Positions 50,801 through 63,034 of a DNA stretch of 64,000 nucleotides are shown here, in pieces. Under the pieces are notes generated by a model. That model did no database searches and was not told the origin of the DNA. It saw nothing but the letters and a program-made list of their open reading frames with translations. The position numbers were made by a program, and so were the translations under genes. Positions within the stretch are counted from its first letter, which is position 1, and every line of letters starts with the position of its first letter. The stretch covers positions 6,076,001-6,140,000 of the forward strand of contig JAYWIR010000004.1 in NCBI GenBank assembly GCA_036172245.1, written 5' to 3'. The DNA comes from Raillietiella orientalis. Its lineage: Eukaryota.

Positions 50801-53619
50801 GTAATCCGAAAATCGGATGTACCCTCCTGAAGTGAGGCAGTGGATCGATCTTCTATTTAATCCCTACTAAGCAAGATGATGGTGTCGTGCAGCATCCAAC
50901 ATAGCAGGGACATTTGCTGGAGCATGACTCTGAAGCTCTTCGGGTCACCGAACTCAGACCTACTTGGTCGAGTCCATGGAAGGTGACCATCAGCCTTTAT
51001 ACCAGAGAAAAGCCTTAACTCAAGGAAGCAGACTTGGCAAAACGGCAGTGGTGCCGAGCGGAAAGCGGAAGATTTGAAAAGCGGTGTCAACCTGCCTGAC
51101 AAATCCTGGGGAACCTCGTCGAGGAAAGGGGGAGGGGGAACAGATTCCTCTCGGAAGAGTGATACCTTTTGTAAACGACACTTGTAGAGAATTTTCGAAT
51201 TGGACGCATTCCAGACCGATGAAAGCGTCGATGAAGTAGGGACCACTCCGGCTCCCCGCTGTTCGGCTACGGACCGTCGGGAAGAGAAATCCGGCGAACC
51301 ACACGAAAGCGATTCCTTCGAGAAGAAAAAATGGTCATCAGCCCTCTTCCTCTCACGATCATCAGACGACCATGAACTCCGCGTCCTTTCCTCCGCTGCT
51401 GGAAAGCCGTGGCAGTGCGGCTGAGCTTCTGTGGGAGGAAGGGAGCTTTTTGGTAGTCAATCTTGTTTCCTCTTCCGGTGCTCCAAAAGGACGGATTCCG
51501 GACACCGACTGATCCTAGAGGCGACTTCCTCCACCCATTTTGTGGCGCTCGATCCAATGCGCACACCAACCGGCACCGAAAACTTCGACTCAGCACGCGG
51601 AGAGTACTCGAAAATGCCCACCGAGAAAGCGACCCTCCTTCCACGGCGCCTTCGAACATCTGCAAGCTCTTTTGCAGGTTGGACAGTCCATCTTCAGTGG
51701 ATTTTGGGAGCTACTGCTGCAAGTAAGGAGCCGAAGATGATGATACAGCAGTGCGTTCATTCATCTAATGGAAGAACTGCACCCCTTGATTGCCCTCGGA
51801 CCTCCTCTTGCCGTTAGGAGAACTCTGCTCAGGGGGAGAACAGCAGGAGGGTTGCTTGGCGCTTCGCTTGCACGAGATTCGGAGAGACCTCCACGAGTCT
51901 CCGAGGGAGACTTTACGATGGAGCGATCATCCGGAGTTTTGTAAGACTCTTCTCCCCTCGGTCCTCAACTTTCCAGTCTTCCCGAAAACGTTAGTGGGAG
52001 ATCCCGATACCACTCCATTTCTTGTCCTTCATCCAGGAAATTCTCCGTGATCCGATTCCGGTGATCCGGCTGGTCGTATCGGCAACTTTGGAAGAAACTC
52101 CGCCGTCGTCTCTGTGCTCCCCCCCCTCGTGGGTTTCGGTTTTCACGCTGGAAGGGAGGCGATCTCTCCTTTCCCCACACTCCAAGGCTCGTTTTGAGGC
52201 CATAGTGGAGCGCCATCCCGGGGTCTCCGTTGATGGCAGGTGCGCTCTCGCAGAAGCCGGATGGAGGCGGCAGGAATCATCTGAGGCTGGATCCAGAGCT
52301 GGAGTTTGAGCGGACTTCGGTTCCTGACTTCCCACGATCGAATGGCAGTCCTCTCGGTGACTCCACATCTCCGTTTCCGGTGATAGGAGTGAGGAAGGGA
52401 GGAGGCAGGGGGCATTCTGAATCCGAAGCGCTCTCAGCCCCTCGGGTGGCAAGTAGCCTTGCGAACTCTTCTTCACCCGTCGACGGGTAGAGGAACTTGC
52501 CTTTCCCTTAGAGTCCATCCGTTCACTCTTGGGGCGGAAGACCGCAAAAAGAGGACCTCGTCATGTTAGCCTTCTTGCAAGGAAGACAGCTAATGGTTTG
52601 CTCCTCGGAAGGGCAGCTCGTTGGCCGTATAGGCGACAACTCGATGGTCTCTGGTCGCTTGAGCTCTGCATCTTCCGTCAAAAAATCCTGATTCCCAGCA
52701 GACAGCACAGATCCTTGACCACGTTCCTCCAACTTCCCCTCCCCTCTCCCTTGCTGCCTGGCCCAGCATTTTGTTCGGGCGGCTCAGCAGCTGACGGTTC
52801 CGCGAATCGTGCGGGCCGCTCTTCGCCCGCCCTTCCACTTGCTGCTCTCGGAGGCCCAGCGTGTTCCCATCCGAGGCGCGGTCTTCGAGAGGCCGCGGCT
52901 GCCTTCTTCTCCGATGCGCCCAAGCCCTGTGGCTGGAGCAACCTCACTCATCCTCTCCCCTACGACCTCTGTTTTTCGCTCGCTCGCTTTCCGCCCCCTC
53001 GTCCCCCTTTCTCGCTCCCGACTTCCTCTTTTGATGCTCCCTTCACGGTCCACGGAAATTTCCCGACCTCCAGCCTTCGAGAGAGCGCACGCAGTCCGAG
53101 CTCGCAGGCTCCGCATCCTTGACTACCAAATTGAAAACCAGTTATTGACCCTCGTCCACGTCTCGTCAGTGTCCGTGAAATATGTGCCTTTGTAGTTCGG
53201 GATGTATTTTTCGGGAACACAAGTGACAGCAAGTGGACGGGGGATAGTGAACGAAATAAATCATCCCCTGCGGAGGAAACATGCGGATGCATGCGTTGAG
53301 ATTTTTTTTTTTCCAAAAAAAAAAGAAAAAAAACGGGGAGGAAGGAAGAGAGAGAAAGAAGGAAAAAAGGAAGAGAAGAGCTAAGTGGACATGATGAGGG
53401 AGCAAGTGGTCCAATGCATTTGAACAGTCCTGATTGAATTAAAGGAACCTTTCAAGCGTTTTTAATGTCTTCAAACCTTTCTAAACTTCCTCATCATGGG
53501 AAGAAAGGGGCTACGTACTTCCAACCTCAATGAAAATCACGTCTTTCTGAAATGGAGAACACGCTGGAGGCAAGCAGTAGCTAATCACAACTCCGGCAAG
53601 GGACCGAGGACTTGGTCAG

Positions 53620-54400
53620 GGTTGCTTGCTGCGAAGGTCGCCGGATTTCCCCGAAGAGTCGCCGCTGACCGTGGCCGCGTGTACTCCTGGCAGCGGGAAC
53701 AGTCCGCGTCTCTGACGATCCTGGATCCCGTTGCTGTGCGCCAATTTGTTCGTTCTCGCAGGACAGAAACCGGAACGTGCGAGCGAACTGTCAAGACGCA
53801 ACCCACCGGAAGTCGAGATCATCCAGGACGGGATAAGAGGAGCTCGCGCTGGTGATCGTGTGGCTGCGGCCTTCGCACGTGGCAATAAGCCTTGCGGGTT
53901 CGAATCGCCCACATGGTGCATCGGCGCTGAGAATGGGCGTGTTCCCCCGCAGGGCGACGCTGGTGGCCTCGTGGAAGCCGGATGATCCCATCGACGGGCT
54001 GGGATTGGAAGTTGACCCTCCCACGGGGTCCTTCCAGGAATCGAGGAGCCAGCCCCCATCGGGTCTCCGGTTGTGAAAACGAAGCCAGCCCTCCCTCCCG
54101 CCCATCTCGGAGAGGAACCGTCTAGAGCATTCCATGGAGCTAACGATACCCCCTCGGGGGGCTGCCCTTGCAGATTGTCAGAAGCGCACGGCTCCCTCTT
54201 CAGCCCTTCAGAGAAACTTGGTAGCGTCCTTTCAGAGAAGAAATGTGGATTGGTCTTGGAAATGTGGATGTGGTCGAAATTCCCATCGGGGAAAACCAGG
54301 GCGGAGGGTTGGTTCCCTCCAGGCCTACCCTATCGGACGTAAGAGAAACGGACTCTTCCTCCGGAGCCCTTCATTGATCCATAGGGTGGTCCCTGTGGGG
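53620..54400 (+). mobile_element. L1/Tx1-clade LINE ORF2 C-terminal fragment, family B, in intron 1
   Basis: Nucleotide homology with 3478-3780 (TTGCGGGTTCGAATC; TTGGAAGTTGACCC; GATACCCCCTCGG). Confidence 0.55.
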
Positions 54401-54819
54401 TTGCTCCTCGAATTGAAGGGTTGCACGCACCCTCTGGTGTCGTGAACAGGTGTTAGAGAGTTATGTGCACCCCACCCAAGGAGGCGAACGTTCTTCAGCA
54501 ATTGGTGAACCAAAAACAAAAAAGGGAGAGAGGGAGAGAGAGAAAAATCTTCAGGTGTACGCAAGTAGGAGGTTTCTAAGGAAACTCTTAAGTGTTGGAG
54601 GTTCCTCCGTTCTGGACTCAAAGTAAGGATTGAGCAAGGGTTGAGAGCTTCAGGTGAATCGGAACATGATCCCGGCTTAGGATGCACCGGCACTTGATAA
54701 CCTAAACCATTAAAGATGCTGTGTGCATGTATTGTACGCACGCAGATGCATCCTTGCAATGCAGCTGAAGCAGGAATTGAAACTCTTAGATGAGAAAGTG
54801 AAAAGGAAATGCATTTTAG

Positions 54820-54997
54820 GTTCAACTACTACATAAGCGGGCAGAACCCTTTCGGGTTCCATTTGGTGAACTTGATTTTGCACGCCACTGTTACGTTTCT
54901 TCTTGTCTACCTTTGCCACGCTGAGCTCAACTTCAACTCTTCGACGTGCTTGTTCCTGGGACTTTTGTTCGCCCTTCATCCTGTGCACACCGAGGCT
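54820..54997 (+). CDS. TMTC1: TMTC1 exon 2
   Basis: Acceptor ttttag|G completes the Arg codon. FNYYISGQNPFGFHLVNLILH...GLLFALHPVHTEA matches the TMTC FHxxN and HPxHTEAV motifs. Donor GCT|GTAAGT (phase 0). Confidence 0.93.
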
Positions 54998-55053
54998 GTA
55001 AGTAGCCGAACGAGGAAATCGTGATGCTCTCTGATCGAAGGCATTTCTTTTAG

Positions 55054-55127
55054 GTTTCTGGATTGGTGGGCCGAGCAGATGTTTTGTGCACTTTTTTCTT
55101 CATGATCTCTATTATACTCTATATTTG
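55054..55127 (+). CDS. TMTC1: TMTC1 exon 3
   Basis: Follows a 56-bp intron. VSGLVGRADVLCTFFFMISIILYI contains the VGRAD motif. Donor TG|GTGAGT (phase 2). Confidence 0.92.
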
Positions 55128-57150
55128 GTGAGTCGTTTTCTCCTGCTCTTGAAAAGGGGGGCAAGGTCTGTCACTCCAAAAATTTCATCCTTGATCTAGT
55201 ACGATCTAGATCAAAGATGAATTTTTAAACATCAAAGGTGACTTCAGTGCTTCTCCTTTTCTTTTCATCCAAATGAAATTCTGCACACTGGCCCTTAACA
55301 GTGCACTGGTTCCAATACATCTGCCATTCTCTTCAAGTGAATTCTGAATCACCTATCAGTTGCGCGTATTTTCCGGAGTCTACAGCCGCATGGGCAATCA
55401 TCCGATTGCATCTTTGAGTATGGAAAACTTCCACGTTTCTAAATGCATTCGACTTTCGACTAACGACATGTCCGTTCAAGCCATTTGCTAGACGTAAAAG
55501 CTGGAACCAATCAGAAGCTCTTCATGAGACGTAGTGAAGCTCAAGTCATAGTGAAATAATGACGAAAACAGACGTATTTCTAGCTCAATTTGAATGGCCC
55601 ACCCGAAGAATTCACAAGCAATCTATTCGTAGGTGGTGCCTAAAGACACAAGCATTCCATGAATTCGTACCCAGCCGACCGGTTGTCGCCGTCTGATGAC
55701 GTCAGTATATCTACAGTAATTGTTTTTACGGTGATTTTTACATTTTTACGGTATCCTACGTAGAATCACAAACCTGCGACCAAACGGATGACTCTTTTTC
55801 AAGCTGAAGATCCCAAGTCACAATTAATGTGTTTACCCAGTTCCCCAGAGCATCCTTTCTTGATGGGACTGCGTAAAAGCGTTTTTACATAAGTAAATTC
55901 CATAAATAATTTCAGACTTGATTCCAATTCCACACGCTCGGAACACTAAATATTTGACATTGTACAAATGCATTCGTGTTAACAAAAACGGCTCTCCAAG
56001 ATGCGTTTCCCAGGCGCACACACTGTTTAGGACCCCAGAACAGTTCAACGACCAACGTTTGCATAACTGGATGCATAGTTTTGCAGCGGGTGTCGCCAAC
56101 GGCGTCATTTATTCCAGCAAATGCTGCTGCTAGTTAATGTATCTGCTTGACATCAACAGTATGATCAGATAATTGATTTACTCATTCTCATGATAACCGT
56201 ATCCCTCATCATCAACGAGCAGCCGAGAAAATTATTTCGTAGATTCCGAAAAAATACAATGGTAATGATTTCAACGAGGCAGTGGGGAGATTCTGCTCCT
56301 ATGCATAGACAAGGAAGATACCCCGATCAGGAAACTGGATTCTCAACATAGAAGAAATGAATGGTCGTCGAGTTTTCTCCCCACACTCTCGGTCAAACTG
56401 ATTGACTGATGCTCGTGCTTCATACTGATCCCACTCTTGCCTCTTCTGCTACAAAAGAGAGCGTGGTTCTCATCGGTAAACACACCCTAGGATGCTGCCG
56501 CCGATGAGAAAACCGGAAGTTTCGGAGAAGCACGAAACTTCCTTTTGAGCAAGTTACCATTAAGCACTTTTCCGAAAATCTGATAATTTATTTCGGGAAT
56601 TCGTCTATCCCATGTTAAGAATCCTTACATCGATTCGACACTGAATAATGGTGCAAGCGCTTTCACGGGGTGCTCCGCCGTCTTTCCATTTCGATCCCAC
56701 TGGCGACGTAGTGCACGTTGACACGATGCACTCACTCTCTGCACAGCATCTGAGGCTCCCACTGGACTGCAGCCTCCCTGATCGGCATTTGCCAAACGTC
56801 GTCAGCAAGATTGCATTTATTTATAAATTACTCCCTTCATCGAGAGCAAGTTTTTCAGGCGCCCATTTGTCCACTTAATATTTTAGCAAACTCCTTTGCA
56901 GCCATAATTGCAAGTGCACACAGAACTCATCAATCGAAGCCGCCCAGTCGAATTTGCTCTTGCATACACCGACATGTAAGAAAGTCCACTGAAAGATTTC
57001 CACTACCGGCTGAAGATTCCTGGGAATTAACAACGTCTTTCTAGCAAAAGAAATTTTAGGATTTTTTTTTTTTTTTAGTGCCCTCCGAAAATGCATGCAC
57101 TGAAGTTTTCTCTAGAAGAAAAATTTTGAACTCTGCTTTCCTCCTATCAG

Positions 57151-57315
57151 GGATTCGAAGTTATCTGAAACGAAACATTGCATTCATAAATATCTCCTGC
57201 AATTCTGCTACGTGATTTCGAGCATGTGCGCCATTTTGTCCAAGGAAACAGGTCTCACGGTCTTCGGAGTGCTGCTGCTCTACAATATGATCCAGCAGGG
57301 CCCCTATAACAAAAG
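57151..57315 (+). CDS. TMTC1: TMTC1 exon 4
   Basis: Acceptor ctcctatcag|G. Contains SKETGLTVFGVLLLYN, like the TMTC1 KETGITVFGV motif. Donor AG|GTAAAC (phase 2). Confidence 0.9.
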
Positions 57316-58214
57316 GTAAACCGAGGTTCTTAGATTGTTTTTTTGAAGGTTGCGCCTCAAAGATGTATACGATGAGCTCTCTCCCTCTCGACTTGTTGCG
57401 AGCAAAGGACTTTTAAAGGGGACTCCACATGGAAAGTTTGAAAAGCAAAAACGGGGAGGTCGGGCATTCAAAAGTTTTAATTGCAACGCATGCTATTCGT
57501 GTTCCTCTTCTTCAGAATGATAAGGTTCGATGAGAATTCCATTCAAGCCAATCATACACGTACACTTATGACTGACCGGACAAATTTTGTAATCGAGGTT
57601 TCCTACTCCTTGGATGCTTGAGTAACAGCTTTCGAAACGAGTAGGCAACCGAAAGACCGGCATTGCTTTTCACTGAATTCGCCATCAATGTTTGGTAATG
57701 TCTGTCTCATGCGCTGCCGAACTATTTATGAGATCCTTGATGTTTTCCGTTCTCTCTGTAGAATAAGAATGTGTTTTTAAGGAGGTTTTCTCATGCAGAA
57801 GAGACACATGAACTGGAATTACGAATCGTGAAAACAAGGGAACCAGACAGTTTTTATTTATGTCGTTCCTGTCTCTTCATCACGACATAATTCATTTTGG
57901 AATGATTCGGGAATTTTTATTCTCCTCCTCGAAGATTGTGTATCAGCTCCTGCTTAGAACCTCCTGCGCAGCTTGCTTTTCGCAAATGGATGGGTGCTAG
58001 AGCTCTTCATGCATGCATTGGTCTCTAATTAGCCAAACGGTGCCCTAATGATCTTTTGGTAATGAGGAGAGATTTTATCAAAAACCAGTAAGGAAAACTT
58101 TCATCAAGATTTATTAAAATCGAGAACACAAATGCGAAAGCAAGAGATTCAAGCAAGTTCCAAAGATGGATGGAAGCAAATCCATCGTTTTGCGGAGAGA
58201 ACGTATTACATGTA

Positions 58215-58677
58215 CAGCGTAACCCCCGTATAAAAGCTACCGACACTTCCGTGTTATAGGAATCCGCGTTATAGGAACCCTGTGCGTTATGCATACAAAG
58301 TAGAGAGCATGATAGTGTTTTTCGAAGATATGCAAAGTACCTTAATTGCTATGGCAGTAAATATTTATTATTTAACTTTAAAACAAATACAAAAGCATTA
58401 AAAGTTCTTATTTATGATTCAACATAAAAACATCTTTTGCTATTGGTATTTAACCAATTTAAAGAGTTTCAGCTCTATTGCTCTCGTTGTTCAGCAATTC
58501 AGCTTGCTTTTGTTTATGCCGTCATGTCGTTTAAAGTCGTTTTCGTGTTTTTTTTTTTTTTAAATAAAAACCATACCACAAAATTAACATTTATTGACAG
58601 CATCGTAAGGGACTGATTCACCGTTTTATACGAGGACTGTCACCGTTTCTCCTCGCGTTATACGAATCCGGTTACTT
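58215..58677. mobile_element. pogo/Tigger-like MITE
   Basis: TA-CAGCGTAACCCCCGTATAA at the left end and imperfect inverted CGTTATACG..GGTTAC..TA at the right end. Repeated CGTTATA subterminal motifs and an AT-rich interior. Confidence 0.45.
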
Positions 58678-58908
58678 TACACTTGATATACAATGCAATG
58701 GTTCGCTGGGCTTCTGGAATATCTGCAAGTGCACTCGTAGGTCTCCTGATTCATTTAACCCTTGGAAAGTGCATTCCCAGAACTACAGCGAGGTAGATGA
58801 AAGAGGATTTCTGTAATCTTCTCGCAGTGATAAAGCAAGGATTACCAATCTCATCGAAGAAAGAACTCGGGAACTTTCTAATTCTGCTTTTTTTTTTTTT
58901 TTTTTAAT

Positions 58909-58942
58909 ACTTGGCTGATGAACTATGAAACCGGTATTGAGT
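58909..58942 (+). ncRNA. Minimal type I hammerhead ribozyme motif (Penelope-type)
   Basis: ACTTGG-CTGATGA-ACTAT-GAAA-CCGG-TA-TTGAGT. Intact core, stem I of 6 pairs (3 G-U), 1-bp stem II, palindromic ACCGGT stem III, GUA cleavage triplet. Confidence 0.55.
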
Positions 58943-59950
58943 GAGTCTGAAACGGATGCGGCAGTCCTGATCAAGATTAGTGGGGAAGCAAATGCACTGA
59001 AAGCAGAGCTGCTTACCCGCAGCTGAAGATGGTTTTATTGGGAGGCTTCTTCAGCTGGAGACGTGGAACTCAGTCTTGCTTCGTCATGAAAAATTGCAGC
59101 CATCGAGTCCCGGAAGCAAACATCGAATCAGACGGGTGATCTAGGTGACACGCCACATTCGTTTCGAAGCAGCGAGACCAAGTGAAAGAATACCGGGAGC
59201 TCTCACGCGGAACGCACCCTCAATCAAAAGGGGGGACTTTGCACTGATCGTTTATTGCGAGGACACTCTGCGATTTGGGAAAAGCCCTTCATCTCACTGA
59301 AATAGGCAGGTTTCGCTGCTTTTTCCAAGACAGTCCGGGAAGATTCGAAAATGGAAAGGGGTGTATCGAGAGATGCAGCAGGCATGTCGATGGCCTCTGT
59401 TGCAGCGGTTCTGTGGGTGCAGTGAGAGCAAACTGAAATAGCTCTTTCTGCGTGGTACCTCCAGCACATCAGCCCCGTATCTGTCCAATTGAAAAAATGC
59501 AGCGGAAAAGAATTTTCAGCTTTGATGCTTTGCGAGATATTGAAAGGTCACTTGGCGCGGCAGCAGGGCAATGAACATTCCTTGTGAACGCCTCGAAACT
59601 CACTGCAGAGATGCAAGGGCGATGGGATATCTAAACCTGTAGCCAAGGGACACATAGCGGCTGAGTCGTCCTTGAGACCTGGCCTTACTCTCAAAACAAC
59701 ATCCCTCGCATGCTGCACTCATTAGAAAACATACTGGCCGTGTTCAAGGAGTTTGCGTGAACGAAAAGGAAACAGTGGGAACTATGAGCTCTCATTCTTC
59801 CGCTTTCGGGAATCCGAGCGTCTGCTCGCGTGCGATCTTCAATCGACTCGGGGATCCTAGAACTCCGAGGACATATGCGAAGCAGCTCTGTTTATCGAGT
59901 GGAAGAAGGGATTAATTAAAATAAAAGGGCAGGGAACTTTACCTTCCCAG

Positions 59951-60070
59951 CCGTCTTCCTGCCTGTCCGCGTGTACGTCTTCCTTCTCTGCCCGTGTTTA
60001 CCTTTTCCTGTTCTGTCTGCGTGAACCCTCTTCCTGCCCTGTACGCATGTACGTCTTCCTGCCCTGTCCT
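59951..60070. repeat. Degenerate minisatellite, ~25-bp unit x5
   Basis: Units resemble GTACGTCTTCCTGCCCTGTCCGCGT. Confidence 0.7.
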
Positions 60071-60139
60071 TCTGAAGTTACAGTATGGTTTTCAAAACCC
60101 TATTTTCTCTTCCGCATCAGCTGGTACCAGCTTTTCTTG

Positions 60140-60870
60140 GGCACTGATGCTTCGGCGATTCCTTCATCGGGAGGCTGGCCCAATCTGTGGTCAATCTAGG
60201 GTCAAGTATACATCACGGTTATATGGAGCCCATTATTTCACATAATCCTTCCTTGACCCGATAACATCTGGTTTGTGTGCGTTCTTGGAATTTGTAGCTC
60301 TCGCGGAGAACACGGACCTCCTCGGAATCTTGGGATCTTGCGCGAGGGAGCAGTTCAGGCAAATTGATGGAGCAACACCCAGCATGCAGCACGGCGGGAG
60401 CATCTCCTGACTGAGACGCCCTACAATAGACCGAGTGCAGACCCGTGCAGTCGAATTGCCAGTAGATCACCCCCTTGAAAACCTCGCAACACCAATGCTC
60501 AAGCAAAGTGGCTTGGCTCAATGGCGGAAACCTCTTGAAGCAAGGCAAAGATGGCGGAGGCGAAACCACGAGGAGGAAAAGGAGGAGTCGAATTACCGGG
60601 ACACCCGTTGCAGACAGCAAACCTGGATGTGTCAAGGAAGAGCCGGAGGCTGTGAGGAGGGTCGCGAGCATTTGTTTACGCAACCCCCGGATCTCTTGAG
60701 TGTTCGGGAAGACCATCCACCCACGTGGTCCACCGCCAGCGCCGCATTATCGGAAAGGAGGATCCCATTCCCACTGATTGAATATTTCTGACGACTCGGG
60801 GGTGCTGTTGGAGAAATCCTCCTCCGGTAGGATGCTACGTCACGAGAAAATGGATGCCATTTCCCCGAGA
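60140..60870 (-). mobile_element. Penelope-like element 3' remnant (GIY-YIG endonuclease)
   Basis: KGVIYWQFDCTGLHSVY at ~60425-60476 matches the PLE pattern GVVYxxxCxxCxxxYIG. It is followed by VLRESYKF and a decayed hammerhead-like CCGATGAAGG..CCGAAGCATC at 60146-60170. Confidence 0.6.
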
Positions 60871-61299
60871 CATTGAAGCGCTCGACGAGTACTCCCTCCT
60901 TGCTACCCGCAAAAAATTTTTGATTAAGAAAAGATTGTAAAGTGTGTGACGATGCGGAGGGCCAGACGAAGATGATGAGGAGTCCAAACAGAGAGGGAGA
61001 GAGGCCACCGTTCCCCCGACGAATCGGCCACTTTGAGGCTGGTATCCTGTCCCGGTTTGAGCATCTTCAGGGTGGGCGTGATCGCTGCGAGCGCGTGCGC
61101 AACCAAGAGGGTTCGCCTATCGCCACACAGAAGTTCAGTTCAGAAGCCGTTCGAACGCGCCCGTGCGGATAAGGCCGTCAGGGTCCTGAGCTTGCCCTTG
61201 CCTACATCCTCTCCCTCCCTTTCTCCTGGGAGGTACGTGACCGCTGGGAGGGAGCGCCTCGCTATGTCCCGTCCCTCGCGCTCAGATTCGATCTCAGCT

Positions 61300-62750
61300 C
61301 CCGGCAGGTCGCTAGAGGGAGGAAAGACAGGAGAGTGCTCTTCCAGAGCGGGCAAGGAAAATCCTCCGCGCCGCAGAGGCGCCTCTTCTTTCTGAGCAAC
61401 CACGCAGACTACGCGAGGAGCGTCCTGCGCGCGCGCTCTCTTGCGTTCTCCCCGCATCCCGGTTCCGGCCACGACCAAAGTCGCGGCGGCGACGTACTCC
61501 GCAGTCGCGCATGTTGTCGCATCAGCAGTGTCCGTGGATCGGACGTGAGTGACGGAAGCCGAGTGCGACTTCGGGCGTAGGGATTGTCCGGGAAGATTTT
61601 CAGGGAAAGAGGCGGAGAAGAAGGGGGGCCGCTGGTTCCCTTTTTTCCCGCTTACCCTGGAAGACTGCCCACGAGGAGATCTCTCTCGTCGAGTAGACGC
61701 GTGGAGCGGAGGCCAACGAGACAGACCTCTCCCTCCTCGCCTTCTCCGTGGACACCCCATCGGAGCGCCGCAAGTGTCCCGGCGCTGGCGCGAGCCCCAG
61801 AGACGCAGCTCGCGACCCACGACAGAACCTGAGTTCTGAGATTGCGGACCTCCCCGTTCGGCCAAGTCTCGTATTGACCGTCTTTGCCGCGGATGACCTC
61901 CAGCGCAGAGCTTCGCGGTCAAGGCAAAAGCTGATATGCCTCGTAGAGTGGCGCGCATGCCCTTCCATGAGCCACCCGTGACGGCGGAAGGACCGGCTTT
62001 TGCTCCGACTGACCCTTCGAGCGATCGGATCGAGAGGACAGGGAGCCCTTTTGGCCCTCTGAAACCAAGCAGGTTCAATCTCGATCGGGACGAAGGGCGA
62101 GGGAAGCAATGGCCTGCAAGCTCCGTGCCGAGTGGACCAGGTTCTTTCCTGAAGGAACAGACCTCGTTTGCCAGGGTCCTACCCGGTTCAGGTTTCCGAG
62201 GACTCGGGAGCGAAAGGGACCAGGCCGTTTTCAACAAGGCCCTTCATCCCTCGGTCGCACTCGCGCCGGTCGCAGTCTCAGGAGGACGAGCATTCCGGTC
62301 ACTTTGAAGGACCATGTGGAGACCACCTCCGTCTTTCCGTTCCAACTGGCTTCCCCTGTTCGCTGCTTCTCGGACGTAAGAAACTCCCTGACTCGGGGCT
62401 CGGCGCGATGAAGAAGGCACCTCTTCCTGAATCTGCAGGTCTCGGGAAGCCGAAAGGCAGAGTGCCCGAGTGTCCCCGGGGCGCGCGAGGAGTGAAGCCT
62501 CTCCACGTGGGAAGAGGGGGCACCCTTTTCTTCCCAATGCCTCCGTCTGCCTGCTCGCTCTTTCTTGTGGTCGGATCGATTGTTCCGGGGCGTGACCGTT
62601 GGATGAGAATAGATGTCGTTCCCAAGGGAAACGAGCATAGTCAAGGGGACACAACAAACCCTGGGGTCCTTTCCCTTTCGGCCGACTTTTTCAGCAAAAA
62701 GCTTTGCCCTTGGCCAAGGCAACCCGAGCCGAGGGCGCCTCCGTCAGGCC
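61300..62750 (-). mobile_element. L1/Tx1-clade LINE ORF2 fragment in intron 4
   Basis: RSDH...GRRRHW (end of APE), GPKGLP (PGxDGxP), LRGISAF..AKL (RPISL..K) and SVVGRE (GFxxGR). Confidence 0.5.
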
Positions 62751-62906
62751 TCGAAAACCGCGCCGGAAGTGATCCCCCCTGCGCGCTTTTCTGGGGCTAT
62801 CGCCTGCTCTATCCGGAAAAGCGGATGGGCTGGTGCAAGGAGGATAGAGGAAGAGTGGACCTGCCAGATCGAGAACTCATTCTTCTTTTCATTTTCTGGC
62901 GAGCAG

Positions 62907-62976
62907 GTCGACCGGCAAGACCTCGTGCAGCTTGGTGAAGGTCGCAGGCAGGAGCTGCGCGTCCCTCTGCTGTATG
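62907..62976 (+). CDS. TMTC1: TMTC1 exon 5 (variable linker)
   Basis: Pyrimidine tract plus gagcag|G acceptor. Open frame STGKTSCSLVKVAGRSCASLCCM. Donor ATG|GTAAGA. Phases bridge exons 4 and 6 exactly, but the sequence itself is poorly conserved. Confidence 0.75.
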
Positions 62977-63034
62977 GTAAGACTTCCCCGACATCCCACA
63001 CCCCGTCATTGTCCGCTATCTTGAATTCCAGTAG

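Noticed and set aside
55833..56133. Possible MULE transposase fragment (..VCAW..)
   Set aside because: Similarity is too weak and no TIRs were found.
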